Positions 30,034 to 38,011 are shown, counted from the first letter of the stretch. The stretch: DNA of 64,000 bases from Bacteriovoracaceae bacterium (GCA_947461175.1 CANHIY010000001.1:1923-65922); one strand, 5' to 3'. The notes: generated by a model from the letters alone, not told the origin. Translations and numbers: made by a program.

Positions 30034-30621
30034 ATGAGTGTTCGTCTTATCAAAGCGTTAGATAATTTAAAAGGTTTGCCAGAAATAACGCTAGGGCGAA
30101 TTGTTGAGCATGTTGAGGGCGAAGCCATCCTGATTCTGTGCTTAATCAGCATCCTTCCATTTATGCAGCCCATTCCAGTTCCAGGGCTTTCAAGCATCCT
30201 AGGGCTAATCGTTCTCCTTCAAGGTATGGGACTCATGCTAAAAAGTAGACCTGTCCTGACTAAAAGAATGAAGAGTGTGGTGATTCCTCCTGAAAAATTC
30301 GAAATCATCTACAAGGCGGCGGTTAAATTTAGTAACTTTACATCCAAAATATCTGCCTTCAAGCATCCCATCACTAACACCAGAGGCTCACACATCTTAT
30401 GTGGGTTGGCGATTGTCCTATCATCAGCTTTTTTATCACTACCCCTTCCAATTCCCTTTTCAAATCTCATACCTGCCCTCAGTATCTTCTTAATTTGCCT
30501 GGGCCTCTTGGAAGAAGACATCCTTCTCATCCTCATGGGATTGGGTATGACTTTGACAGTTTTTGGAATGGCGGTATTTTCTTACCAGATTATGTCAGAA
30601 CAATTTCAACATTGGTTTTAA
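30034..30621 (+). CDS. ExoD family exopolysaccharide synthesis membrane protein
   Basis: LPFMQPIPVPGLS, LPLPIPFSNLIPA, GLLEEDI. Confidence 0.85.
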   Translation: MSVRLIKALDNLKGLPEITLGRIVEHVEGEAILILCLISILPFMQPIPVPGLSSILGLIVLLQGMGLMLKSRPVLTKRMKSVVIPPEKFEIIYKAAVKFSNFTSKISAFKHPITNTRGSHILCGLAIVLSSAFLSLPLPIPFSNLIPALSIFLICLGLLEEDILLILMGLGMTLTVFGMAVFSYQIMSEQFQHWF

Positions 30622-30845
30622 TGAGCATCGTCCAGAGAACAACCCGTATTTCCTGAAAGAGAAATTGATTCTGGCTTTATTTCTACCGGTTTTTTCGCCT
30701 TCTCGTCACAATCTTCTTTTTCAATAATTTTAAGTTTCTCAAGCGCCAATTTATCTTTCTTAACTTCTTTTTTATTCGCGACCGTTGGATTTGCCTGAGT
30801 TAGTGTCGAAAACATCAAAGTAAAGATTAAAAATTTCATCATCAA
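30618..30845 (-). CDS. Small secreted protein
   Basis: Signal peptide (..TLTQA), two Cys; ATGA-coupled to the upstream SDR. Confidence 0.6.
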   Translation of the reverse strand: MMMKFLIFTLMFSTLTQANPTVANKKEVKKDKLALEKLKIIEKEDCDEKAKKPVEIKPESISLSGNTGCSLDDAH

Positions 30846-31594
30846 TCCTTGCTATAGTTAAAAGATTTAATATTCATAAAGGTCCTGTACCAGGTCCTGG
30901 GGATGATACTTAAAACCCGGACTATGCCGGAGAGGATAAAAGGAAAGGAATAGGTCATTTTTTTCTTCTCTATGGCCTTTACAATAAGTTCTGCCGCTTT
31001 AGGTGCCTTAATAATAAAGGGCATGGAGTGGGGATTTCTTGCTGTCAAAGGCGTTTCCACAAATCCCGGACAAATACTAGTTACATTTATATTAAACTGC
31101 CTAAGATCCAAGTGAAGAGATTCGCAATACTTTATCACCGCTGCCTTCGTAGCTGAGTAAGCAGAAACCCCAGGAAGGCCATTGTATCCAGCAATGGAGG
31201 AAATCGCCACAAGATGCCCCTTTCCCCTTGGAATCATGAGATCTAGTGCCGCCTCAAAGGTATACATCACCCCGAGAAGATTCACATGAACCATCCGGTA
31301 ACTCCAATCAAAATCCGGAACCTTCGTCTTAGACTTGTGACTAATCCCCGCATTAGCTATCACCAGGTCAAGTCCATCCCCCTGAGAAAAACTGAGTATC
31401 GAAGACTTCATGCCGTCCCTGTCAGATACATCCACCTGGTAGAACGTAATGTTATGTGAACCTTTTCCGAAATTTTCCTCAAATTTATTAAGTTCCCGGC
31501 CACATACACCAACTCTCCAACCTTTACTCATATAGGCCCTGGCCAGCTCCAAACCAATCCCCGTTGTACCGCCAGTAATAAAAACAGATTTCAT
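30842..31594 (-). CDS. Short-chain dehydrogenase/reductase
   Basis: TGGTTGIG, ANAG, SSIAG, YSATK, PGFVET. Confidence 0.92.
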   Translation of the reverse strand: MKSVFITGGTTGIGLELARAYMSKGWRVGVCGRELNKFEENFGKGSHNITFYQVDVSDRDGMKSSILSFSQGDGLDLVIANAGISHKSKTKVPDFDWSYRMVHVNLLGVMYTFEAALDLMIPRGKGHLVAISSIAGYNGLPGVSAYSATKAAVIKYCESLHLDLRQFNINVTSICPGFVETPLTARNPHSMPFIIKAPKAAELIVKAIEKKKMTYSFPFILSGIVRVLSIIPRTWYRTFMNIKSFNYSKD

Positions 31595-31689
31595 GAAAAG
31601 TCCTTTATGAAGAAAATCCTATCACAAGAATCTTACCAAGAGCTATTTCTTACCACGCGCACTATTTTAGATTTTTTGAGGATTTATTC

Positions 31690-31718
31690 TTGACTAGGGA
31701 ACAACTGGTCTTTATATT
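31690..31718 (+). promoter_or_regulatory. Sigma70-like promoter for tRNA-Asp
   Basis: TTGACT-17 nt-TATATT. Confidence 0.65.
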
Positions 31719-31737
31719 GAGTGGACATTCACACTCC

Positions 31738-31814
31738 GGGGGAGTAGTTAAGTTGGTTATAACGTCTGCCTGTCACGCAGAAGGCCGCGGGTTCGAGTCC
31801 CGTCTCTCCCGCCA
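31738..31814 (+). tRNA. tRNA-Asp (anticodon GTC)
   Basis: Acceptor GGGGGAG/CTCTCCC plus GCCA; anticodon arm TCTGC-CTGTCAC-GCAGA; GTTCGAGT T-loop. Confidence 0.96.
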
Positions 31815-31837
31815 TTTTCAAACCTACATAGATATCT
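31804..31837 (+). repeat. att-like direct repeat copy 1 (tRNA-Asp 3' end plus downstream)
   Basis: CTCTCCCGCCATTTTCAAACCTACATAGATATCT; 32/34 identical to 34063-34096. Confidence 0.85.
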
Positions 31838-31941
31838 TGCCTTACACGATTTTTTCGAAAATTCTTAGTACATTTTGGTGAATCTGGGTGCGGTGAGGAT
31901 TAGCTGAAATAAATAAAACGATTAGTCCGATGTTGCATCAT

Positions 31942-31968
31942 AAAAAAAGAGCACCCCGAAAGGTGCTC
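31942..31968 (-). terminator. Rho-independent terminator
   Basis: GAGCACC-CCGAAA-GGTGCTC with an A-run on the left (U-tail on minus), at the stop of 31967..32518. Confidence 0.75.
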
Positions 31969-32518
31969 AATAATTTGCAATTAATTTTAGCCACCCTGTA
32001 CATTCGGTAAAATAAAACCAGATCAAAAGAAAAATATAGCTCAAAATATTAGCCGTTAGAGTCCAACGAAACGGGATTTCAAGTTCTCGCCATTGCTTGA
32101 GTTTCTTGCCCCGCCAATGCTCAAGCCACGCAGAAAACAAACAGTTAAGCATCAAAAACAAAACTGTTGATCCAATCATTTTATAGATAAGAGGTGCTGG
32201 GTTCGTTCCGCGTTCTTCCATATACTTTTGAAGAAAGTATGAAGACTCAATTACAATTCCGTATTTTTTATAAAGAATTATTCCCGGAATAAAGAAAATT
32301 ATAAGCCCAGCAAAAGTAGAAAAGAGGTTCACCTTAAATGCAAAGCTAAATGATTTGGGGATTCCTCGTTTCCTGTAATAAATTCCTTCGATTATCACAA
32401 TTACAGGCAAGAGCAAAATTCCCATTAAAGAGACTACAGGAAGTAAAGGTGCTGCTGAATTGGCAAAAGCCGCCAGAGGAACGAATAGAAATCCAAATAA
32501 AATTAAGATCACATGCAT
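31967..32518 (-). CDS. Hypothetical multi-pass membrane protein
   Basis: 4-5 hydrophobic segments with repeated E...N.S motifs (VIIIEG, VNLFST, WLEH, ANILSY). Confidence 0.7.
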   Translation of the reverse strand: MHVILILFGFLFVPLAAFANSAAPLLPVVSLMGILLLPVIVIIEGIYYRKRGIPKSFSFAFKVNLFSTFAGLIIFFIPGIILYKKYGIVIESSYFLQKYMEERGTNPAPLIYKMIGSTVLFLMLNCLFSAWLEHWRGKKLKQWRELEIPFRWTLTANILSYIFLLIWFYFTECTGWLKLIANY

Positions 32519-32588
32519 TTTAGTATCGTAACAACAGTATCGGGAACCTGTCCATCAATCCAATGGTTTTGATTTTTATATCCGTACG

Positions 32589-33116
32589 TTACTTTCCACT
32601 TCCAAACCAACGATGAAAAATTCTGACAACTTTTTCATCAGCATTAACAGAGAACATCTCGACTATCGTTCTGTTTTTAAACAATCCAAGAATAATTATG
32701 AATACGATACAGATGCTTGTTGTTAATAAATTCTGCCAACTATCTAACTCCCATTGGAATGGATATGAGAACTCAAACATGACATTATTGACAGGCCAAA
32801 AAAAGGGTATACCCCAACCTGCGCCGCTACCGAATAAATCGCTAACAATATGAGAATTAAATGAAATAAACACGAGTATGGCCGTATTTTTTTTATCAAT
32901 CCCATATTTCAAAGTAATAAAAAAAAGAAGTAAGCCAAAAAAGATATTGTGCCCAAAGGTATGGTGATACTGAGCATAATAATCAATATTTATAATTGCT
33001 CCGGCTCCATCAAAGTCTGGTAAGAGTGAAGCGACTGTAACGAATAAACGATCTCTTCGTTTCTCTAAGGGTTGTGAAATTATCCAACCTATCATTCCAT
33101 GTGTAATTGGACTCAT
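32589..33116 (-). CDS. Membrane-bound metal-dependent hydrolase (YdjM/DUF457-like)
   Basis: MSPITH, LLPDFD, HHTFGHN, SHIVSD, FFWP. Confidence 0.82.
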   Translation of the reverse strand: MSPITHGMIGWIISQPLEKRRDRLFVTVASLLPDFDGAGAIINIDYYAQYHHTFGHNIFFGLLLFFITLKYGIDKKNTAILVFISFNSHIVSDLFGSGAGWGIPFFWPVNNVMFEFSYPFQWELDSWQNLLTTSICIVFIIILGLFKNRTIVEMFSVNADEKVVRIFHRWFGSGK

Positions 33117-33360
33117 AATTTAATGATATTTCGAAGTTGATATTTATACTAGTAATAAATCCTAAGAAATCACCCAGCTTACATCCCAAGCTCATGTTTT
33201 AAATCCAAAATTTGAACTTGTTTACTTCACATTCATTAATAAGAAAACGGGATGATGAATAACTGCCAATATTTATTGGGATAAAGACTTTCTTGTTTGA
33301 TGGCTGTGCTAACTCATGCTTAATACTGGGAATTGACGAAAGAAGATTGGGATATGTTCC

Positions 33361-33834
33361 TTAAGATTTAATACGTTTTCTATAATAACCTCTAATCGCA
33401 CCAATCTGTGATTCACTCAGGCCCGTAACATAAGTTTTAAGAACAAAGAAACGATAAAGAATTTCTGCGGATATCTGTCTTGCCTTGGGACTATTTAAAT
33501 ACAAAAGTAGCAAGACTAGACCAAATTCAGTGATGTCGACCTTGCGTGTTTTCTTTTCTCTTCCCAATGGCCCTGCCATATAATGACTTTCGATAAAGTT
33601 ATCATCAATTTTTAATTTACTATTATCATCTAATTCATCATGAACTTTTGAAATTGCTCGAAGAACGTTGTGATGGGTCAGTCCAAATTTGTTTGCCACA
33701 ATCATTGAATCAGTGACTGGTCCGAACGGAGTATCGCGAATCCAAACCTCACCCATTAAAGCCTTGTTAACTAATTCTTTCAGTCTGGGTGGTTTTGTAT
33801 CAAAAGGAATATCAATTTTAAAATCTGAGCTCAT
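33361..33834 (-). CDS. Phage Rha-family regulatory protein
   Basis: TDSMIVANKFGLTHHNVLRAI, NFIESHY, ITEFGLVLL match the Rha signature; GGAGA RBS. Confidence 0.75.
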   Translation of the reverse strand: MSSDFKIDIPFDTKPPRLKELVNKALMGEVWIRDTPFGPVTDSMIVANKFGLTHHNVLRAISKVHDELDDNSKLKIDDNFIESHYMAGPLGREKKTRKVDITEFGLVLLLLYLNSPKARQISAEILYRFFVLKTYVTGLSESQIGAIRGYYRKRIKS

Positions 33835-33979
33835 ACTATCTCCATGATTTGAGTTTTTAGAAACTCATTCATTTACTCGAGACGTTTTTCTTCGTTAACT
33901 TCCGGCAGAATAAAAGAACACAATTTTCCAATGTAGAAATAAATTTGAAGACACAATACTTACTAAATAAAATTACTCG

Positions 33980-34007
33980 CTACACAACTCAATATTGAGT
34001 TGTGTAG
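33980..34007. repeat. Perfect 28-bp palindrome
   Basis: CTACACAACTCAAT|ATTGAGTTGTGTAG is its own reverse complement. Confidence 0.9.
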
Positions 34008-34033
34008 ATAAGTATTCGAAATTAATACATATT

Positions 34034-34249
34034 TCAAGAAATGGAGAAGTTCCGAGCGGGCCCTCTCCCGCCATTTCCAAACCTACATATATATCTAGGA
34101 CATTTTGGACTCGCCTTAAATTCTTTTCCATCTTTAGTAGGTAAGTAACAGCTAAAAACAAATGAGCTACTTTTGATTTCAGGTTTTAATTCCAGACCTG
34201 AACTTGCATCCACCACGTTGATCAACTCGCGACATAAAATACCTTCCAT
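34034..34249 (-). CDS. Small hypothetical protein, possibly truncated at the att repeat
   Basis: AGGGG RBS before the ATG; reading frame crosses repeat copy 2. Confidence 0.35.
   Translation of the reverse strand: MEGILCRELINVVDASSGLELKPEIKSSSFVFSCYLPTKDGKEFKASPKCPRYICRFGNGGRGPARNFSIS
34063..34096 (+). repeat. att-like direct repeat copy 2
   Basis: CTCTCCCGCCATTTCCAAACCTACATATATATCT. Confidence 0.85.
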
Positions 34250-34302
34250 AAAACCCCTAATCCCTGAAATTTATTATATTAAGAAACTAAGCTATTTTTA
34301 TT

Positions 34303-34348
34303 GAATAGGACATAATCGCTGGGAAATAAGAATAGGAAATAATCGCTG
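34303..34348 (+). repeat. Tandem 19-bp direct repeat, 27-bp period
   Basis: GAATAGGACATAATCGCTG (34303-34321) and GAATAGGAAATAATCGCTG (34330-34348). Confidence 0.75.
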
Positions 34349-34408
34349 TGCTAATACAGCAAATATAAAAAACCTAAAGTAATTCATCAAGTTTCCGAGC
34401 AGAATAAA

Positions 34409-35890
34409 ATGGTACCTTTAGGTCTCGGGCTCCCCATACACAGAGTCCCGATCGTAACGTTAACCTTGGTAATTGCCTGTACGGTGAAATTTTTTACCAA
34501 TGATGTTTATTTGCTCAAAAAATTAGAAAAAAAAACAGTCTTACTCCATCAAGATATCGAAAAATCATCTGAGTTTAAAAACTTAAAAAGTGAATACTGT
34601 CATAAGTATGGAAATAAAAAAATCAGGTGTGAAGTATTCACTCAATACGATGACAAATCCTACATAAAAAATAAAAAAAATAATAATGATCATTATTTTT
34701 TTCAAAATAAATTCGAATCAGATTTCTATGGAAAAACAAAAAAAATTACAAACTTAAAATCCTATATAATATATGAAAGAATGTTATTGGAACAAAAAAT
34801 AAAACTGTTACCATTTTTTGAATCAAACAACCTTCTTACATTTAAAACACAAAGTATTTTAAATTATTTCCTTGGAATGTTTACTCATTCAAGTGTTAGT
34901 CACCTCATTGGCAACATGCTGACTCTTTTAGCTTTTGGTATTTATGTAGAGGCAAAAATAGGTGTACTAGCAATGACAATAAGTTATTTTTTAACAGGCT
35001 TCATAAGTTTTTATATGTATGTGCATTTCTTTGCGGATGAAACCACCCCATTAATGGGAGCTTCTGGTGCTATTTGTGGAATTATGGGAATGTTTTACGT
35101 GGGCTTTTTCAAGCACTATTTAAGATTTTGGCTTTGGTTTAAAACATTCTTACTCCCTGTTAATACTTACTTCCCTTTTCTTTTTATTTTAACTGATTTT
35201 TTAACTCATTTTGGCGCTCCAACAAATGTTGCAGCCATGGCTCACATTGCTGGAATGTTTTCAGGAATAGGTATCATGTTATTTCTATCGGCATATCAAC
35301 AAACTCCTTATCCTTTCATTTACAAAGAGGAATTGCATTTTTTCAAGGCTGTAAAAAATAAAATTATTGATCGAGAAGATGTCTTGAAGGCATGCTATTG
35401 GCTTAGAATAAATCCGATAAATTTTTTACTCAGAGAAAAACTTATTATTAGTCTTTGGAACAATATTGAACCCAGTAAAGGGATTAAAAGATCAGAAATT
35501 GAAATTCTTAAAGAGAACACCCGTAAATTCATAGGTAGGTCTCTCCACTACAAAAACCATAAAGCAATCCTAAAAGCGATAGATTTGGTTCCGACTACGT
35601 TTTCACTTGCTCCATTCTTGAATGATTTTAATATTTCGGAATTGGTAAATATTTATAACCTTTGTTTAAAAAAAGAAGCCCTAATTTCAAGTATAAGAGT
35701 TGCAATAGTTCTCTTAGAAAGACCAATAGATCCCAGACTAAATAAAACACTCATCGCTAATATAAAATCATCCTTTCCTATGACAGATCCAAAAACAATG
35801 GACATCCTGATTTCGACTAGTAATAACATTCAACTCAGGATGGAGGTTTCTGATTATTTTGGCTCAAAAAATTCAAAGGGAGCAGCATAA
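34409..35890 (+). CDS. Rhomboid intramembrane serine protease with large soluble insertion and C-terminal extension
   Basis: MFTHSSVSHLIGNM, GASGAICG (catalytic Ser), AHIAG (catalytic His). Confidence 0.88.
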   Translation: MVPLGLGLPIHRVPIVTLTLVIACTVKFFTNDVYLLKKLEKKTVLLHQDIEKSSEFKNLKSEYCHKYGNKKIRCEVFTQYDDKSYIKNKKNNNDHYFFQNKFESDFYGKTKKITNLKSYIIYERMLLEQKIKLLPFFESNNLLTFKTQSILNYFLGMFTHSSVSHLIGNMLTLLAFGIYVEAKIGVLAMTISYFLTGFISFYMYVHFFADETTPLMGASGAICGIMGMFYVGFFKHYLRFWLWFKTFLLPVNTYFPFLFILTDFLTHFGAPTNVAAMAHIAGMFSGIGIMLFLSAYQQTPYPFIYKEELHFFKAVKNKIIDREDVLKACYWLRINPINFLLREKLIISLWNNIEPSKGIKRSEIEILKENTRKFIGRSLHYKNHKAILKAIDLVPTTFSLAPFLNDFNISELVNIYNLCLKKEALISSIRVAIVLLERPIDPRLNKTLIANIKSSFPMTDPKTMDILISTSNNIQLRMEVSDYFGSKNSKGAA

Positions 35891-35893
35891 AAA

Positions 35894-36715
35894 ATGGGGC
35901 AAGCTAGAACGAATATCGATGAAAAATTTTGTCTAATTAACTGCAAGACTCAGGAAGTATATGAGTTATATGATGGTATAACATTTGGGAGAGGGAGTAA
36001 TGCTAATGTGATTATTTTGGACAAACGTATCAGTCGTATCCACCTAACTTTATTCTTAGAGAAAAATGGTAGCATCTGGCTTGAAGACTCTTCAAGTAAT
36101 GGAACATATTTTGACGGAGTGAGGGTTTCAGGAAAAATAAAATTGACCAAGAATTTAAGAATCAAAATAGGTGATACCGAATTTGATTTTATTATGCCGG
36201 CGAAACATCGATATGAAACAGAAAGTAACTATGACTCAAAGTTGAACATTCCTAAAAACAAAAACCATGAATTGAAAATAGTAACACAATACGATGAAAA
36301 CTACTCCCTCTATCCGCCAGCCTCAATGTTAAAGCGGTTTGTTGCCAATGCTATCGACTCAATCCTACTGGGTTTAGCAAATAATATACCCTCTGTTTTA
36401 TTTAAAAACTTCAATCTACCGGATCTGATCAAAAATAATTTGATCTTTTTTAGCATCTTGCTTATTTCTTTTTTTTACTATCAAAAAACAATGGCAAAAG
36501 ACGGTCAAACCATAGGTAAAAAGGTGATGAAAATCATGGTTATTCCCACGAATGGGAAGAAAAGAATCTCAGTTCTTATGATTTTCCTAAGAGAAGCAAT
36601 CTTTAAACCATTATTTATTGTATTTTCTTTTTTCTCAGCTCTGTTATCAAAGAAAAATCTTGCTATTCATGATTATCTTTCAAAAACCAGAGTGATCGAT
36701 TTATCTGAAAAATAA
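35894..36715 (+). CDS. FHA domain - RDD domain fusion protein
   Basis: FHA: FGRG, ISRIH, SSNGT, IKIG. RDD: KRFVANAID, GQTIGKKVMKI, LRE, IHDYLSKTRV. Confidence 0.85.
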   Translation: MGQARTNIDEKFCLINCKTQEVYELYDGITFGRGSNANVIILDKRISRIHLTLFLEKNGSIWLEDSSSNGTYFDGVRVSGKIKLTKNLRIKIGDTEFDFIMPAKHRYETESNYDSKLNIPKNKNHELKIVTQYDENYSLYPPASMLKRFVANAIDSILLGLANNIPSVLFKNFNLPDLIKNNLIFFSILLISFFYYQKTMAKDGQTIGKKVMKIMVIPTNGKKRISVLMIFLREAIFKPLFIVFSFFSALLSKKNLAIHDYLSKTRVIDLSEK

Positions 36716-36726
36716 AAAGGGTTTTT

Positions 36727-36957
36727 ATGAAATATTTAATTTTTTTCCACTTTATATCTCTTATAGTCTCTGCTCAAAATCTTTCTCCAGAAGAACAAAA
36801 AAAACTTATCGAAGAAAATAAAATATTAAAAGATCAGTTACAAAAATCTAAGAATCCTGCGCCAGACTCAGTTAAAATAATGGAGGCGCTCAAACGTGGT
36901 GAAAAATTTCAGAAAGAACAAAATCAAATGCTCGAAGAATTAGATAAAGAAGACTAG
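36727..36957 (+). CDS. Small secreted coiled-coil protein
   Basis: Signal peptide ending VSA, charged heptads, AAGGG RBS. Confidence 0.6.
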   Translation: MKYLIFFHFISLIVSAQNLSPEEQKKLIEENKILKDQLQKSKNPAPDSVKIMEALKRGEKFQKEQNQMLEELDKED

Positions 36958-37092
36958 AAATTCATAAGCTACTAAAATCACAATTACGTTTTCAAAAAAA
37001 AATGACATTTTTTTACATCCTCCCTTACAAAGATGACTTTTTCTGATTCTTTCGGTGAGAATAAAAAAAGTTCTATTAATGGGAGTGTGTTC

Positions 37093-37845
37093 ATGAAACT
37101 TATCAGTTTTTTTATTCTACTTTCGGTTTCATTTTCTGCATTATCACAGGAAATTCTTTTGAAAAACTATAATTGGTTTCTCACTGACATTAGTGAACTT
37201 AATTTAAGCAAAGAAGAAGTTTTTCACGACTTGGATAGGTCATTTATTAAAACAGACAGTGCCATCTGCTCAAATAGTGCTCATATGTGGGCCAACGACT
37301 TGAAGATAAAGTATGATATCCAAAGCGGAAAAATTTTTGTTTTTTTCACAAAGATAAATAGTGATGATGGACTCAAAACTTGGTGGTACCACGCTTCCCC
37401 GCTCATTAACGAAAATGGAGCTATGTGGGTTTTAGATGCAGGATACCCTTACTCCATAAAAAGCCCCTTATCATTAGAGGGATGGTTTTCCTTTTTTGCT
37501 AAAACCACAAGTTGTAAGGAAATCAATTTAGGTGAGATTGAACTCATTGAGTTCATGTTTAAAGGTCAGGTTTTTCCTCAAACAACAAAATTTGGAAAAT
37601 ATGACTGCTATTATAAGATCACTCCTCACACTATCTGGACACCAACCTCCATTGCGAAGAGCCTTTTAGGGAAGGATCAAAACGGGAGATCTGTAAAAGT
37701 GGATTGGCAGGAAATCAATAAGAGTGAACTTTTTCAGGCCTGTCTTGAATCAACGACAACAAAACTAACTTATCATCTGAATTCCAGTAAATACCGCTGC
37801 AGAAAATATGTTGAAGAAAAAGGGGAAGCAATGCCTCCCCTTTAA
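37093..37845 (+). CDS. Secreted protein-glutaminase-like (Cys-His-Asp) protein
   Basis: Signal peptide; ICSNSAHMW, WWYHASP, VLDAG resemble the protein-glutaminase CxxRAH / WxYH / D motifs. Start 37093 has a GGGAG RBS. Confidence 0.6.
   Translation: MKLISFFILLSVSFSALSQEILLKNYNWFLTDISELNLSKEEVFHDLDRSFIKTDSAICSNSAHMWANDLKIKYDIQSGKIFVFFTKINSDDGLKTWWYHASPLINENGAMWVLDAGYPYSIKSPLSLEGWFSFFAKTTSCKEINLGEIELIEFMFKGQVFPQTTKFGKYDCYYKITPHTIWTPTSIAKSLLGKDQNGRSVKVDWQEINKSELFQACLESTTTKLTYHLNSSKYRCRKYVEEKGEAMPPL
37817..37843 (-). terminator. Terminator between convergent genes (best on the minus strand)
   Basis: Minus-strand RNA GGGGAGGC-AUU-GCUUCCCC-UUUUU. Confidence 0.65.
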
Positions 37846-37852
37846 ATTTGGA

Positions 37853-38011
37853 CTAAGCTGCTTTCTTGTTTTCCTGATCTCTGTGCGCATTAATATCTAC
37901 GACATTTGTATGTTGTGATTTGGTCCCCATAAGTTTGGCGTGATTAATGGCCTTAATTTCTTTTTTAGTTAGTTTTTTCTTGTTTCCATTTGCATTGCCC
38001 TTCTGACTCAT
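37853..38011 (-). CDS. 52-aa Lys-rich small protein (not in ORF track)
   Basis: GGAGG RBS; MSQKGNANGNKKKLTKKEIKAINHAKLMGTKSQHTNVVDINAHRDQENKKAA; terminator directly after the stop. Confidence 0.7.
   Translation of the reverse strand: MSQKGNANGNKKKLTKKEIKAINHAKLMGTKSQHTNVVDINAHRDQENKKAA

Larger units (their letters stand above)
31804..34096. mobile_element. Degenerate integrated element (prophage/satellite remnant) at tRNA-Asp
   Basis: Flanking direct repeats of the tRNA 3' end, a phage Rha gene, visibly AT-rich; no integrase. Confidence 0.7.

Noticed and set aside
31690-31881. 63-aa plus-strand ORF
   Set aside because: It overlaps the tRNA-Asp promoter and gene; spurious.
33980-34007. Chromosomal dif site (28 bp)
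   Set aside because: Same length, but no resemblance to the XerC/XerD arms (e.g. TTATGTTAAAT) and no asymmetric 6-bp core.
34303-34348. Possible mini-CRISPR
   Set aside because: Only two 19-bp units with an 8-nt spacer and no cas genes in the window.
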